Assembly: GCA_051003195.1 (NCBI GenBank)
Contig: JBPCLP010000009.1
Coordinates: forward strand, 64,001-128,000
DNA: 64,000 bases
Direction: 5' to 3'
Origin: Candidatus Sumerlaeaceae bacterium
GTDB taxonomy: Bacteria; Sumerlaeota; Sumerlaeia; Sumerlaeales; Sumerlaeaceae
The position numbers were made by a program, and so were the translations under genes. The notes under the pieces were generated by a model, which was not told the DNA's origin, did no database searches, and saw nothing but the letters and a program-made list of their open reading frames with translations. Shown in pieces: positions 41,209-50,269 of the stretch. The stretch's first letter is position 1; the number at the start of each line of letters is the position of its first letter.

Positions 41209-42384
41209 CTAGTTGAAAAGCACCCAGTCAGCCGCAGCCGCAGGACCCGCAGGCTGGGCAAATAAGCGCGAAGAGACCCACTGTTCGTTACTCACCGTGC
41301 GAGTTGTGTCGTCGCGGCGAATACTCACAATGTGGATGCGTTTGGTGTAGTCCGAGTAAACCGCCGCGTGGTAGTAAACCTCATCGGGAAGATCGAGATC
41401 AGGTGTAGCCGACCACGCCCCCAGCGTGTTCGTAGCGGTGTTAAACTCGGCACGCGTCGTGAGCGACTGCACGGCACCACCGGTGGTACGGCCTCCCAGG
41501 GCGAAAACCGTGTTGCCGGCTGCTACAAGCTGGGTTCCATAAATGGTAAGGGGCAGGTCAGGCCCGGCGGTCCATGCTCCCATCGCCCCTGTTGTCGCGT
41601 TTACGGTGTTCAGATAAATCTTTGCGGAAGCATTCGCGTTGGTAATGGCACTATGAATGCCGGCACTCGCAATAATAGTATTGTTAATCGCAGTTGCTGC
41701 CGGGAAGTACCAGCCGGTTGGTCCCGTCGCGTCTACGTCCGGCAAAGTGGCGCCGGCTGAAAAGGCACCCAGAGTTCCATTCTTGTTAATTTTTGCAAAA
41801 ACGGTCGTGTCGTAAAGAGGCGGGGTGCCGGACTGGCTGTCGCCGCCAAAGGCGTAGAAAAATCTGTCGCCGCTCGGGCTGCTGCTGCCTGCGATCGCTG
41901 CCGCACCGAGTTCCGGATCATAGGGCGAAGGGAAAGTGTATTCGGTCCAGGCAGCCGCCAAAGTTCCGTCAGGATTAGTATTGATCGCACTGGCCGAATT
42001 GCGGTTCGGTCCGCCTGCATTGTATCCGCCACCCGCCACAATGATGGTTCCGGTGGTAGCCGTCGCCGTATTAGTGGTCGCTTTTACCTGCGAGCTGATA
42101 TAGGCAAAAGTAACGCTGGGCAAAGTGGTGACCACATCGGTTGCCGTAATGAGGCCACTGGTCGGGTCCAGTCGAAGGCGCCACACACTGTTCGTATCGC
42201 CGACGAGGGTATTATTTCCACCCAGGAGATAGAGCGAATCTCCCACCGCAGCCGCACCGGCCATCTGTGTTCCGTTCGGGGCAATACTCGGCTGAACATC
42301 CCATGCAGTAATTGGACTGGCGGTTTGGGCAACCGCAGCGGCTGTAATCATCGTTATTGCGAGCAGAAGACAAAACTGTTTCAC
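41209..42384 (-). CDS. Secreted Kelch-like beta-propeller protein
   Basis: AAGGAG RBS + GTG, signal peptide, LYLLGG/VFALGG blades; ends AAADWVLFN. Confidence 0.75.
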   Translation of the reverse strand: MKQFCLLLAITMITAAAVAQTASPITAWDVQPSIAPNGTQMAGAAAVGDSLYLLGGNNTLVGDTNSVWRLRLDPTSGLITATDVVTTLPSVTFAYISSQVKATTNTATATTGTIIVAGGGYNAGGPNRNSASAINTNPDGTLAAAWTEYTFPSPYDPELGAAAIAGSSSPSGDRFFYAFGGDSQSGTPPLYDTTVFAKINKNGTLGAFSAGATLPDVDATGPTGWYFPAATAINNTIIASAGIHSAITNANASAKIYLNTVNATTGAMGAWTAGPDLPLTIYGTQLVAAGNTVFALGGRTTGGAVQSLTTRAEFNTATNTLGAWSATPDLDLPDEVYYHAAVYSDYTKRIHIVSIRRDDTTRTVSNEQWVSSRLFAQPAGPAAAADWVLFN

Positions 42385-42497
42385 TGGAATTACTCCTTCA
42401 AATAGGCTCCGGATATGGAGCATCGTCCCTATACTGTTTCAGGAAATGACTTATGCTGTCAAGTAGTCTGGAGAGCTTAATCGATTCAGCTAGGTAA

Positions 42498-42513
42498 TAG
42501 AACATTAGTTCTA
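42498..42513. promoter_or_regulatory. Putative LexA (SOS) box, GAAC-N4-GTTC
   Basis: TAGAAC-ATTA-GTTCTA palindrome ~60 bp upstream of the helicase ATG. Confidence 0.6.
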
Positions 42514-42574
42514 CATTTACCTTGATTTCTTCTGCGCCCGGCGTTTGCCTTCGATTCGTGAAAGGGTAAGAAAC

Positions 42575-45337
42575 ATGCAGATCGATTTTCTGGCAGCGCA
42601 CGGCTTTAAGCACGACACCATCGGTAACTGGCGGCAGGCAGGCAAACAGGAGCTTCTACCGCTTCAAGAGGAAGCGATTACCCGTACTCGATTGCTGTCT
42701 GGCGGGAACGTGGCGGTTTTTGCCCCAACGTCGTCGGGCAAAACATTTGTGGCGGAACTGGCAGCAATTCGACACTTTGAACGGGGCCGAAAATCCATTT
42801 TCCTGGTGCCGACGAAAGCACTGGCGGAAGAACAATTCCATTACCTCGAAAGCACGTATGCTTTGCTGGGTGCGCGGACCGTCATCGCGACGCGCGAGCG
42901 CACGCTACACGATTCCAGAATTGCGCGGGGCGACTTTGATTTCGCGGTCATGGTTTATGAGAAACTTAAAGCCTTCCTGACGCTCGCACCCGAACTCCTG
43001 TCACGTATTGCCATGGTATCGGTGGATGAACTGCAGATTCTCGGCGAACCGGGTCGCGGGGATGTGGTCGACCTTTTACTCACGCAGATTGTGACAGCGT
43101 ACCCGAAGATCCAGGTGGTTTGTCTTTCGGCTGTGCTGGGCGAGAATCTGCGGCTGGCAAGCTGGCTCAGGGCGGAACCCCTGATATGGACGGAGCGTCC
43201 AACGGAATTACGCGAGGGTGTGTTCTGCCTTTCCGATTCCCGCTTCTACTACAGTGAGAGTAATTCGGCCGCCGAAGCGGTGGAGGCGCTGCTGAACGAC
43301 AAGAACGCGGCGCCAGCGGGCTGGAGTGTCGTTGCGGATGCGGAGAGCTTTCACTACCCCGCAGTAGAGGTGCTGTGTTGCGCGTTTGCAGGGCGTGGCG
43401 AGCAGGTGCTGATATTTGTACCGACGCGCGACCTGACTCGCCGCTGGGCGTATCGCCTGGCGAATGCGCTCTCGGCGGCGGACACGTTTTGCGAGGTGGC
43501 ACTGGCGGATGCGGAAGAGAGCCACAGCCTGGAACTGATGCAGCGATGCCTGCAAAGCGGCGTGGCATTCCACAACGCAGACCTCGGGGGGGAGCTCCGC
43601 AGGATTGTGGAGGAGCAGTTTCAGTCAGGGGCAATACGCGTGCTGGTCGCGACCTCGACGCTCGCGCAGGGTGTGAACCTGAACTGCCGGAATGTCATCA
43701 GCGTGCCTCTGATGCTGGATCCGCTGGTGACCGCCGCTTCCGCAAAGCCAGCCTTTGTACCACTGTCCGTGCAGCGGTTTCGCAACCAGGGGGGACGCGC
43801 CGGCCGGCTGTGCAGCGGCGAGGCATACGGCAGATCGATTCTTATTGCTGAAGATGAGGGCGAACTACGTCGCCTGATGAACCAATACGTGCGGGCCGAA
43901 GTGGAGTCGCTGGAGCCGCGCTTTACAGAAGGCGTCCTCGATCGATTGTGCCTGGATCTGATCCATACCGGCCGCGGTACCACGATGGACGCGCTGAACA
44001 CGGCGATGATGGAGACTTATTGTGGCACCACGTGCTGGGCTGCCAAACCGGAAGAACTGCACAAGGCGCTCGACGCCTGTGTGTTGAGGCTGAAAGCTGC
44101 GCGGCTCGTTCAGCAGAACAGGAAAGGCGACCGGCTCGCGGCGACGGGACTTGGCCAGATTGCAGCGGCATTTGGTTTACAGGCGGAAACGATCCGCTCG
44201 TTTGCCGATCATTGTGCGGCGAATGGCGGATGCAGCGAACTCGAAGTGCTGGCGCTGTGTGCGTTCAGTACCGACGGAGAAGTTTTCCCGGTCGCAGTGT
44301 CGCATCGTGAAGCCGCGGAGCAGCATTACCCCCGGCTTATGAAACTGCGGTACGGCTCACTCATTTACGCACTCCCGGAAGCGTTGCGGGGGCATCTTGC
44401 CCCGGACGGAGGATTTTCGAATACCGGCATGTGTGCGTTAAAAAAGATCTTCCTGGCGGATGCATGGATTTCCGTGGAGGCCACGCACGCAGTGGAGGAA
44501 CAATTTCGAACGTTTGCCGGCACCTTTGCAAATCTCGGTGCGCATTTTTCATGGCTGGCGCAGGCGCTCGGCGCGTGCATGGCAACGCTCGGCTACGCCA
44601 CGAACGCTGTTGAGCAGGTGAACGAGCTGGCAGAGCGATTGGCCTATGGGACAACGGCCGCCGGATTGCCTATTGCGCGCCTTGGCAACGGCAGCCTGAC
44701 GCGGACTCACATGCAGCAACTGGTACGCGCCGGGTTTGACAGCATTGCGGCCATTGCCGAAATCAGTGCGGAAGAATTGCAGGCGATAGTGCCTCTTCGT
44801 GTAGCGGCGGCAGTGGTGAAAGAAGCGCAACGCTTACAAGTGGCTAATAATCGCTCGGAGGCTGCCGACTGGTTTACCCTGCTTGAGCAATGGAACGCTG
44901 CGCAGCGTGAGAAGCCGTGTGCAGCAGAGGGCTCGGAGCGCGCACCGGAACCACTCCTTGCTGCGGAGAGGGGATCCGAGTACCTGGTGCAATCGCCGGA
45001 GCTCGTAGTGGACTCAAGGAATCCGGGCGAAATTGATTTCCGCGGGCAACGCGTGAAGCTCACGCCAAAGCCATTCGAGCTGCTGTGTCTTCTTGCCGGG
45101 AGCCCCGGCCGAACCATCCCGTACGCGGAAATAGACGCTGCGTTGTGGCCGGACAGCAAGGTAGAATCCCAGCAGCGATCCGCGCATAAAACGACACTCG
45201 TGCGGTCACTGGCGAATGTATGCGGCCAGGAGGAAGCTGAGCAGATCGTGATCAATGTAGCGCGCTTCGGCATTCGGCTGAACATGCCACACGAAAAAAT
45301 TAAACTGGGTCGGCTGCGCACCGGTGTGGCTGTTTAA
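42575..45337 (+). CDS. Ski2/Hel308-like SF2 helicase with C-terminal OmpR-type winged helix
   Basis: APTSSGKT, VDELQ, GVAFHNADL, ATSTLAQGVN, GRAGR, HhH-like segment, LTPKPFELL..LWP. Confidence 0.88.
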   Translation: MQIDFLAAHGFKHDTIGNWRQAGKQELLPLQEEAITRTRLLSGGNVAVFAPTSSGKTFVAELAAIRHFERGRKSIFLVPTKALAEEQFHYLESTYALLGARTVIATRERTLHDSRIARGDFDFAVMVYEKLKAFLTLAPELLSRIAMVSVDELQILGEPGRGDVVDLLLTQIVTAYPKIQVVCLSAVLGENLRLASWLRAEPLIWTERPTELREGVFCLSDSRFYYSESNSAAEAVEALLNDKNAAPAGWSVVADAESFHYPAVEVLCCAFAGRGEQVLIFVPTRDLTRRWAYRLANALSAADTFCEVALADAEESHSLELMQRCLQSGVAFHNADLGGELRRIVEEQFQSGAIRVLVATSTLAQGVNLNCRNVISVPLMLDPLVTAASAKPAFVPLSVQRFRNQGGRAGRLCSGEAYGRSILIAEDEGELRRLMNQYVRAEVESLEPRFTEGVLDRLCLDLIHTGRGTTMDALNTAMMETYCGTTCWAAKPEELHKALDACVLRLKAARLVQQNRKGDRLAATGLGQIAAAFGLQAETIRSFADHCAANGGCSELEVLALCAFSTDGEVFPVAVSHREAAEQHYPRLMKLRYGSLIYALPEALRGHLAPDGGFSNTGMCALKKIFLADAWISVEATHAVEEQFRTFAGTFANLGAHFSWLAQALGACMATLGYATNAVEQVNELAERLAYGTTAAGLPIARLGNGSLTRTHMQQLVRAGFDSIAAIAEISAEELQAIVPLRVAAAVVKEAQRLQVANNRSEAADWFTLLEQWNAAQREKPCAAEGSERAPEPLLAAERGSEYLVQSPELVVDSRNPGEIDFRGQRVKLTPKPFELLCLLAGSPGRTIPYAEIDAALWPDSKVESQQRSAHKTTLVRSLANVCGQEEAEQIVINVARFGIRLNMPHEKIKLGRLRTGVAV

Positions 45338-45345
45338 TGCCGAAC

Positions 45346-45510
45346 TTAAGCGAAGTAGAACGCGGCTCCCAGTATGGCGTAAAGCGACAATAACTGCAAC
45401 TGCGAGCCAGTATTTTAAAATAATCAACCAAAGTTGCCCACCTCTGAAATATTACGACTCAGTTACGCTCGAATAGCTGTTCCAACAAATATCACTTCAA
45501 TCCTGAACGG
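45346..45510 (-). pseudogene. Possible remnant of a Ca2+/H+ antiporter (cax) C-terminus
   Basis: Stop-interrupted frame ending GSQLQLLSLYAILGAAFYFA*. Confidence 0.35.
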
Positions 45511-45572
45511 AACCTTTCCGCTATTTTGGGTTCATACTTGTGTAAAGCTGTTTATCAAACAGGAGGAGCTAT

Positions 45573-46178
45573 ATGAAGAAGGTCTCATTCGCGGCCGCAA
45601 TCGCAGTAGCCATTGCCGGCAGCGCGCTTGCAGCGGATACACGCCCGGCGCCCGATTTCAAAGGCAAGGATGCCGATGGCAAGGAGCACAGCCTCGCCGA
45701 TTTGAAGGGCAAGGTTGTCGTACTGGAATTTACTAACCCCGGCTCGCCCGCCAGCGGCAAGGGCGGCTGCCCGTTTATCACCGGGCGCTATGAAAAGGGC
45801 GCCATGCAGAAGGTCCAGGAGAAGGTTAAGTCTTTGGGGGCCGAGTACCTGGCCGTCAACAGCAGCCATTTCAACACCGCCGAGGACAGCAAGCAGATCG
45901 CGCAGAAGATGAGTGTCAAAGTTGCCACGCTGGTTGATAGCGACGGCACCATTGGAAAGGCGTTCGGGGCTAAGACTACTCCCCATATGTTCGTCATTGG
46001 TAAAGACGGCAGCATCGTCTATGAAGGTGCGCTGAACGATAACAAGACGCCCGATGCGGACAAGGATGCGGACGCGAAAAACTACGTCGTCGACGCTGTG
46101 GCAGCCGCGCTAAAGGGTGAAGCACCAGCCGTTACAAAAACCGAATCGTACGGATGCGGAATTAAGTACAAACAGTAG
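45573..46178 (+). CDS. Secreted AhpC/TSA redoxin-family protein
   Basis: APDF..DG..HSLADLKGKVVVLEF, GCPF, AKTTPHMFVI, YGCGIKY. Confidence 0.88.
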   Translation: MKKVSFAAAIAVAIAGSALAADTRPAPDFKGKDADGKEHSLADLKGKVVVLEFTNPGSPASGKGGCPFITGRYEKGAMQKVQEKVKSLGAEYLAVNSSHFNTAEDSKQIAQKMSVKVATLVDSDGTIGKAFGAKTTPHMFVIGKDGSIVYEGALNDNKTPDADKDADAKNYVVDAVAAALKGEAPAVTKTESYGCGIKYKQ

Positions 46179-46200
46179 CACCAGCACCACACAGTAGGGT

Positions 46201-46291
46201 GGTCTACCGTTAATTCGTATTCGGTTCTGTGTGCCGAACTGAACTCATCTTCCGCGCTCAAACTGGATCGGAACTGATTCGGCACACTAGT
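46201..46291 (+). repeat. Hairpin repeat family, locus 3 (unit C2)
   Basis: Near copy of 23168-23263. Confidence 0.9.
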
Positions 46292-46654
46292 ACCACCGAC
46301 ATGCCAAAGTTTCCAGCGCGAGGGCGAATTCTGCCAGCGCGCTTTTTTTGTTTCATGTGAACCGGTTTCGTATCGAGCGGCTGCTTTGAGCCAGAGGCTG
46401 GTGGTGCAAATGCTCCGATGAGGTATTTCCTGCACCCGCTTGTGCGGGTACCACGGCTTGACAAAGGAAGCAGTTGAGACGAGCAAATGCCGATTAACCA
46501 TTGTAAAATCAATCCAGTTCGAGCTCAATTTGTCAGCTTAAGATGCAAGCTCACGCAATTGACAATTCTTTGAAGCCGTTCAAAGTTGTGGCATGCTTTC
46601 AGGTATAGCTTTGCCGAACGATTCCGCCAAGTATTAGATGGGCCTGAAGTTTTT

Positions 46655-48577
46655 ATGACTACCGATTCTGCCGCGCCGCCTGCTGCCGCGGCGCAAAGTA
46701 TTGTTTCCACGGCCCAGAAGCGCTTGATCCTGTGTGGTCATCCCAACGTCGGCAAGAGCCTCATATTTAACCGCCTCACCGGCCGCTATGCCACGGTTTC
46801 CAATTACCCCGGCACGACGGTCGAGATCTCGTCGGGCAGCTCGCAGAGCGTTCCCGAATACCGTGTCTGCGATACTCCCGGCGCGTATTCTCTGTTGCCC
46901 ATCTCTGAGGAGGAGAAGGTATCGCGCAAAATCCTGCTCGATGCGAAGGGCGACCTGATCGTTCACATTGTCGACGCGAAGAACCTGCGCCGCATGCTGC
47001 CGATGACGCTGGAGCTGCTGGAGCTTGGACATCGCGTGATCGTGGTTTTAAACCTGATGGACGAAGCGCGCGGGTACAACGTGCGGATCGACTCGATCAA
47101 ACTGAGCGAGCTGCTTGGAGTGCCTGTGGTGGAGACAGTGGCGACGACAGGGGAGGGCATTGCCGATCTTATCCAGGTGGTGCGCGATGGCGCGTGCGAT
47201 CCGCCGTTGCTGGCAATTACGTACGAGCGTCGCGTTATGGAACTCGCTTCGCAGGCGGTGAATGCCGGCCTTCTCAAAACCGAGGAAATGAACCCGACGC
47301 TGCTGATCGCCTCGGGGGCTACCGATTCACTGCCGGCCGACGACCTGGGAACGCTGGAGCTGTCGGTGCGCAAGTCGCGCCAGGCGCACGCAGACCATAT
47401 ACTCGTGCAGTGCGCAACCTTTCCCCGCCCAACATCCAATGTGGTGTCGAGTTTCTTCGATCGCGTGACGCTAAATCTCTGGACGGCGATTCCCTTCGCG
47501 CTGCTGGTCGTGTATCTTGGCGTCTACCAGTTCGTAGGGGTGTTCGGCGCAGGCACACTCGTCGACTGGATCGAGACCGGGCTCTACGAAACGTATCTCA
47601 CGCCCACCATCACGCGCTGGACCGAAGCAATCATCCCCTGGGTGTGGCTGCAGGACCTATTTGTGCACGACTACGGCGTGCTCACACTGGGATTGCGCTA
47701 CGCGATTGCACTCATCCTCCCCATCGTCGGCACGTTCTTCATTCTGTTTTCCGTGCTGGAAGACACCGGGTACCTGCCGCGCCTGGCGCTTTTGCTGGAC
47801 CGTGTGTTTAAGAAAATCGGGCTGAACGGGCGCGCCGTGATTCCGATTATTCTCGGACTTGGTTGCGGCACTATGGCAACGATGGTGACACGCATTCTCG
47901 AGACGAAACGGGAACGGATCATCGCAACACTACTGCTGGGTGTGGCAGTGCCTTGCTCGGCGCAGCTGGGCGTGATCCTTGGCATCCTGGCGGGTCAGCC
48001 GGGCGCGCTCATCGCATGGGGCTTGGTGATGACGGGGTTGTTCCTGGGCCTTGGGTCCATTGCTGCGCGCACTCTGCCCGGCGAAATTCCCTCGTTTTAC
48101 CTGGAGATGCCGCCTCTGCGTCTGCCGCGCATTGGCAATGTACTCACAAAAACATACTCGCGCATGCACTGGTACTTCCTCGAGATTCTTCCGCTGTTCC
48201 TGTTCGCGAGCGTGCTGATCTGGCTGGGGACGGTGACACGCACATTCGACTACGTCATTAACTTCATCAAGCCGCTCGTGCGCTCGATGGGTCTGCCCGA
48301 TAGTTCCGCCACCGCGTTCCTGTTTGGATTTTTCCGGCGCGACTATGGCGAAGCCGGGCTGTTCGACCTCCAGCGCAAGGGCCTGCTGGATACGCGCCAG
48401 TGCTTCGTGTCGGTGCTGGTGATCAGCCTGCTGCTGCCGTGCATCGCGCAGTTTTTCGTCATGAAAAAGGAGCGCGGCTGGAAGTTCGCAGTTGGAGCGA
48501 GCGGCGGCATCATCATCACCGCGCTCATTATGGGAATTGTTGCCAACTGGGTTATTCTGAAGACGGGAATTCTATAA
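46655..48577 (+). CDS. feoB: Ferrous iron transporter FeoB
   Basis: GHPNVGKS, NYPGTT, DTPG, LEDTGYLPR, gate motifs GLGC and VPCSAQ. Confidence 0.95.
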   Translation: MTTDSAAPPAAAAQSIVSTAQKRLILCGHPNVGKSLIFNRLTGRYATVSNYPGTTVEISSGSSQSVPEYRVCDTPGAYSLLPISEEEKVSRKILLDAKGDLIVHIVDAKNLRRMLPMTLELLELGHRVIVVLNLMDEARGYNVRIDSIKLSELLGVPVVETVATTGEGIADLIQVVRDGACDPPLLAITYERRVMELASQAVNAGLLKTEEMNPTLLIASGATDSLPADDLGTLELSVRKSRQAHADHILVQCATFPRPTSNVVSSFFDRVTLNLWTAIPFALLVVYLGVYQFVGVFGAGTLVDWIETGLYETYLTPTITRWTEAIIPWVWLQDLFVHDYGVLTLGLRYAIALILPIVGTFFILFSVLEDTGYLPRLALLLDRVFKKIGLNGRAVIPIILGLGCGTMATMVTRILETKRERIIATLLLGVAVPCSAQLGVILGILAGQPGALIAWGLVMTGLFLGLGSIAARTLPGEIPSFYLEMPPLRLPRIGNVLTKTYSRMHWYFLEILPLFLFASVLIWLGTVTRTFDYVINFIKPLVRSMGLPDSSATAFLFGFFRRDYGEAGLFDLQRKGLLDTRQCFVSVLVISLLLPCIAQFFVMKKERGWKFAVGASGGIIITALIMGIVANWVILKTGIL

Positions 48578-49030
48578 GTGATCTGTTCCGCATGCAAATA
48601 CGAGTTCACCGGCGAAGAAGCGAAGGTTGCCTGCACGACGTGTGCATCGAGCGGCGGGTGTGGCAAGGCACGCTGCCCCAAGTGCGGCTATGAGACGATC
48701 ACCGAGCCTGGAGTAATCGGGCTGATGCGTCGGCTGTTCCGCCGTCGCCCTGCGGTAGTCGACGCCGACGTGGTGACGCAGTCCGCGCCGGGGAACTGCT
48801 GTGGCGAAGTAAACCTGGCGGACCTGAAGCGCGGTGAAAGCGGGATTATTGAAAAGTACGCTGAGATCGCGCATGTGCGCAAGTTCCTGAGCATGGGTAT
48901 CCTTCCGGGCACGCACGTGACGGTGCTGCGGCATTCGCCCGCAGTCGTTCTCCGGGTGGGTTACTCGGAGTTCGCGTTCGATCGCCGGCTTGCAGGCACC
49001 GTGCAGGTGCATAGGCTGCCGGTGGGGTAG
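48578..49030 (+). CDS. feoA: FeoA with N-terminal Cys-rich domain
   Basis: CSAC..CTTC..GC..CPKCGY followed by LADLKRGE..SMGILPG. Confidence 0.85.
   Translation: MICSACKYEFTGEEAKVACTTCASSGGCGKARCPKCGYETITEPGVIGLMRRLFRRRPAVVDADVVTQSAPGNCCGEVNLADLKRGESGIIEKYAEIAHVRKFLSMGILPGTHVTVLRHSPAVVLRVGYSEFAFDRRLAGTVQVHRLPVG
48981..49030 (+). repeat. Direct repeat, left copy (feoA 3' end)
   Basis: 47/50 identical to 50151-50200. Confidence 0.95.
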
Positions 49031-49112
49031 GCCTTGAAGCTGTTGACGTTCAATCCGCGGATGCGCGAAGTAATTCCCGGAGAAGAGGTAAAGTCAAACA
49101 CGTGGAGCGATA

Positions 49113-49475
49113 ATGGAAGCCGAGATTCAAGACCTGCTTATTCAGCTACGCAGTTCAGATTACCGCATTTACCGCGATATTTTATACGTCATCCCGTGGG
49201 CTAATCCACAAAATGAGCCTCACCATGCAATCTCCGCCGGGCGGCTTGCAGACGCTCTGCGTAATCACGGCCGAGACTATAATGAATTTGAAGTGCACGA
49301 GGCGCTCGAGAACATGCGGGCAGCGACTCCACCCGTCATGCAAGCGGCAGAGACTGAGGGCGTCTTTATTCCTACAGAATTTGGACGCCGGGTCATAGAT
49401 GCTTTCCACCCGGAAGGGCACTTCAAAATAAACCAGTTAAAGCCCTTTCCGAAACCTGTTCGCCGCATTGCCTAG
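49113..49475 (+). CDS. Hypothetical protein, probable winged helix
   Basis: ISAGRLADAL...EVHEALENM...FIPTEFGRRV pattern. Confidence 0.6.
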   Translation: MEAEIQDLLIQLRSSDYRIYRDILYVIPWANPQNEPHHAISAGRLADALRNHGRDYNEFEVHEALENMRAATPPVMQAAETEGVFIPTEFGRRVIDAFHPEGHFKINQLKPFPKPVRRIA

Positions 49476-49481
49476 CAGTAC

Positions 49482-50123
49482 ATGTGGCAAATAGATCAGT
49501 GGCCAATTCCCACGTTTCACGTGTTCTTATCCCATTGCCGCGAAGATCGGGGCTGGTTGGTGGAGCCTCTCATCAAGAGGCTCGCTCGACGTGGCATTTT
49601 GGCCTGGTATGATCAGCAGAATTATCCACGCGCAACCGACGCAGCTCAAAGTCTTCAGGATGGACTAATAAAGTGTCGTCATGCTGTTTTTCTTTCCTCA
49701 CACGATTATCTGGAACAGCCACGGGGCTGGAATCACTGGGAACTGGCATTTGCAACTGTGATTCAGGCTAATCTTCAGAGTCAGATTCCCCTGACCAATT
49801 TCATCCTACCGATTGGACTCATTGACAGAACCGATCCGTCCCTTGCTGGCACTGCATGGCAGTTCATCGAAGCGCCTCGATGGATGTTCTGTCCGCGGAC
49901 TTGCAGATCAACGAGTCCAGCTCGTGACAGAGCCACTGCGGTCGGCTGGGCGGCGGATCAAATTACAAGATTTGTTTACGAGCAGCAGGATTACGCACGT
50001 GATGTCGAACAGCGTATTCACACAAACCCATTCCTACGAATGGACGTTGAAGGTCCGGGCCCCGGCTTAATTCACGATCAACGGCGCGATCGAATTCTAC
50101 TTCGGGACAACTTACACATCTAG
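49482..50123 (+). CDS. TIR-domain protein
   Basis: HVFLSH..ED...LARRGILAWYD...GLIKCRHAVFLSSHDYL...WNHWELA with putative catalytic Glu. Confidence 0.85.
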   Translation: MWQIDQWPIPTFHVFLSHCREDRGWLVEPLIKRLARRGILAWYDQQNYPRATDAAQSLQDGLIKCRHAVFLSSHDYLEQPRGWNHWELAFATVIQANLQSQIPLTNFILPIGLIDRTDPSLAGTAWQFIEAPRWMFCPRTCRSTSPARDRATAVGWAADQITRFVYEQQDYARDVEQRIHTNPFLRMDVEGPGPGLIHDQRRDRILLRDNLHI

Positions 50124-50150
50124 AGCCCACGGGATTAAGCGGAGTTTGCC

Positions 50151-50200
50151 ATCGCCGGCTCGCAGGCACCGTGCAGGTGCACCGGCTGCCGGTGGGGTAG
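50151..50200 (+). repeat. Direct repeat, right copy (second copy of feoA 3' end)
   Basis: Encodes the same RRLAGTVQVHRLPVG* as feoA. Confidence 0.95.
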
Positions 50201-50269
50201 TTAGCCGCGACCGCGCGGCTTCGGTTGTCTCTGTTCTCTCCTGTCGAATGTTCGGACCATGCCAAAGTT

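Larger units (their letters stand above)
49031..50150. mobile_element. Small inserted cassette or island remnant (no integrase)
   Basis: Flanked by the feoA 3'-end duplication; visibly more AT-rich than flanks. Confidence 0.7.

Noticed and set aside
49482..50123. Canonical Thoeris system
   Set aside because: No ThsA-type (SIR2/SLOG or Macro-TM) effector adjacent
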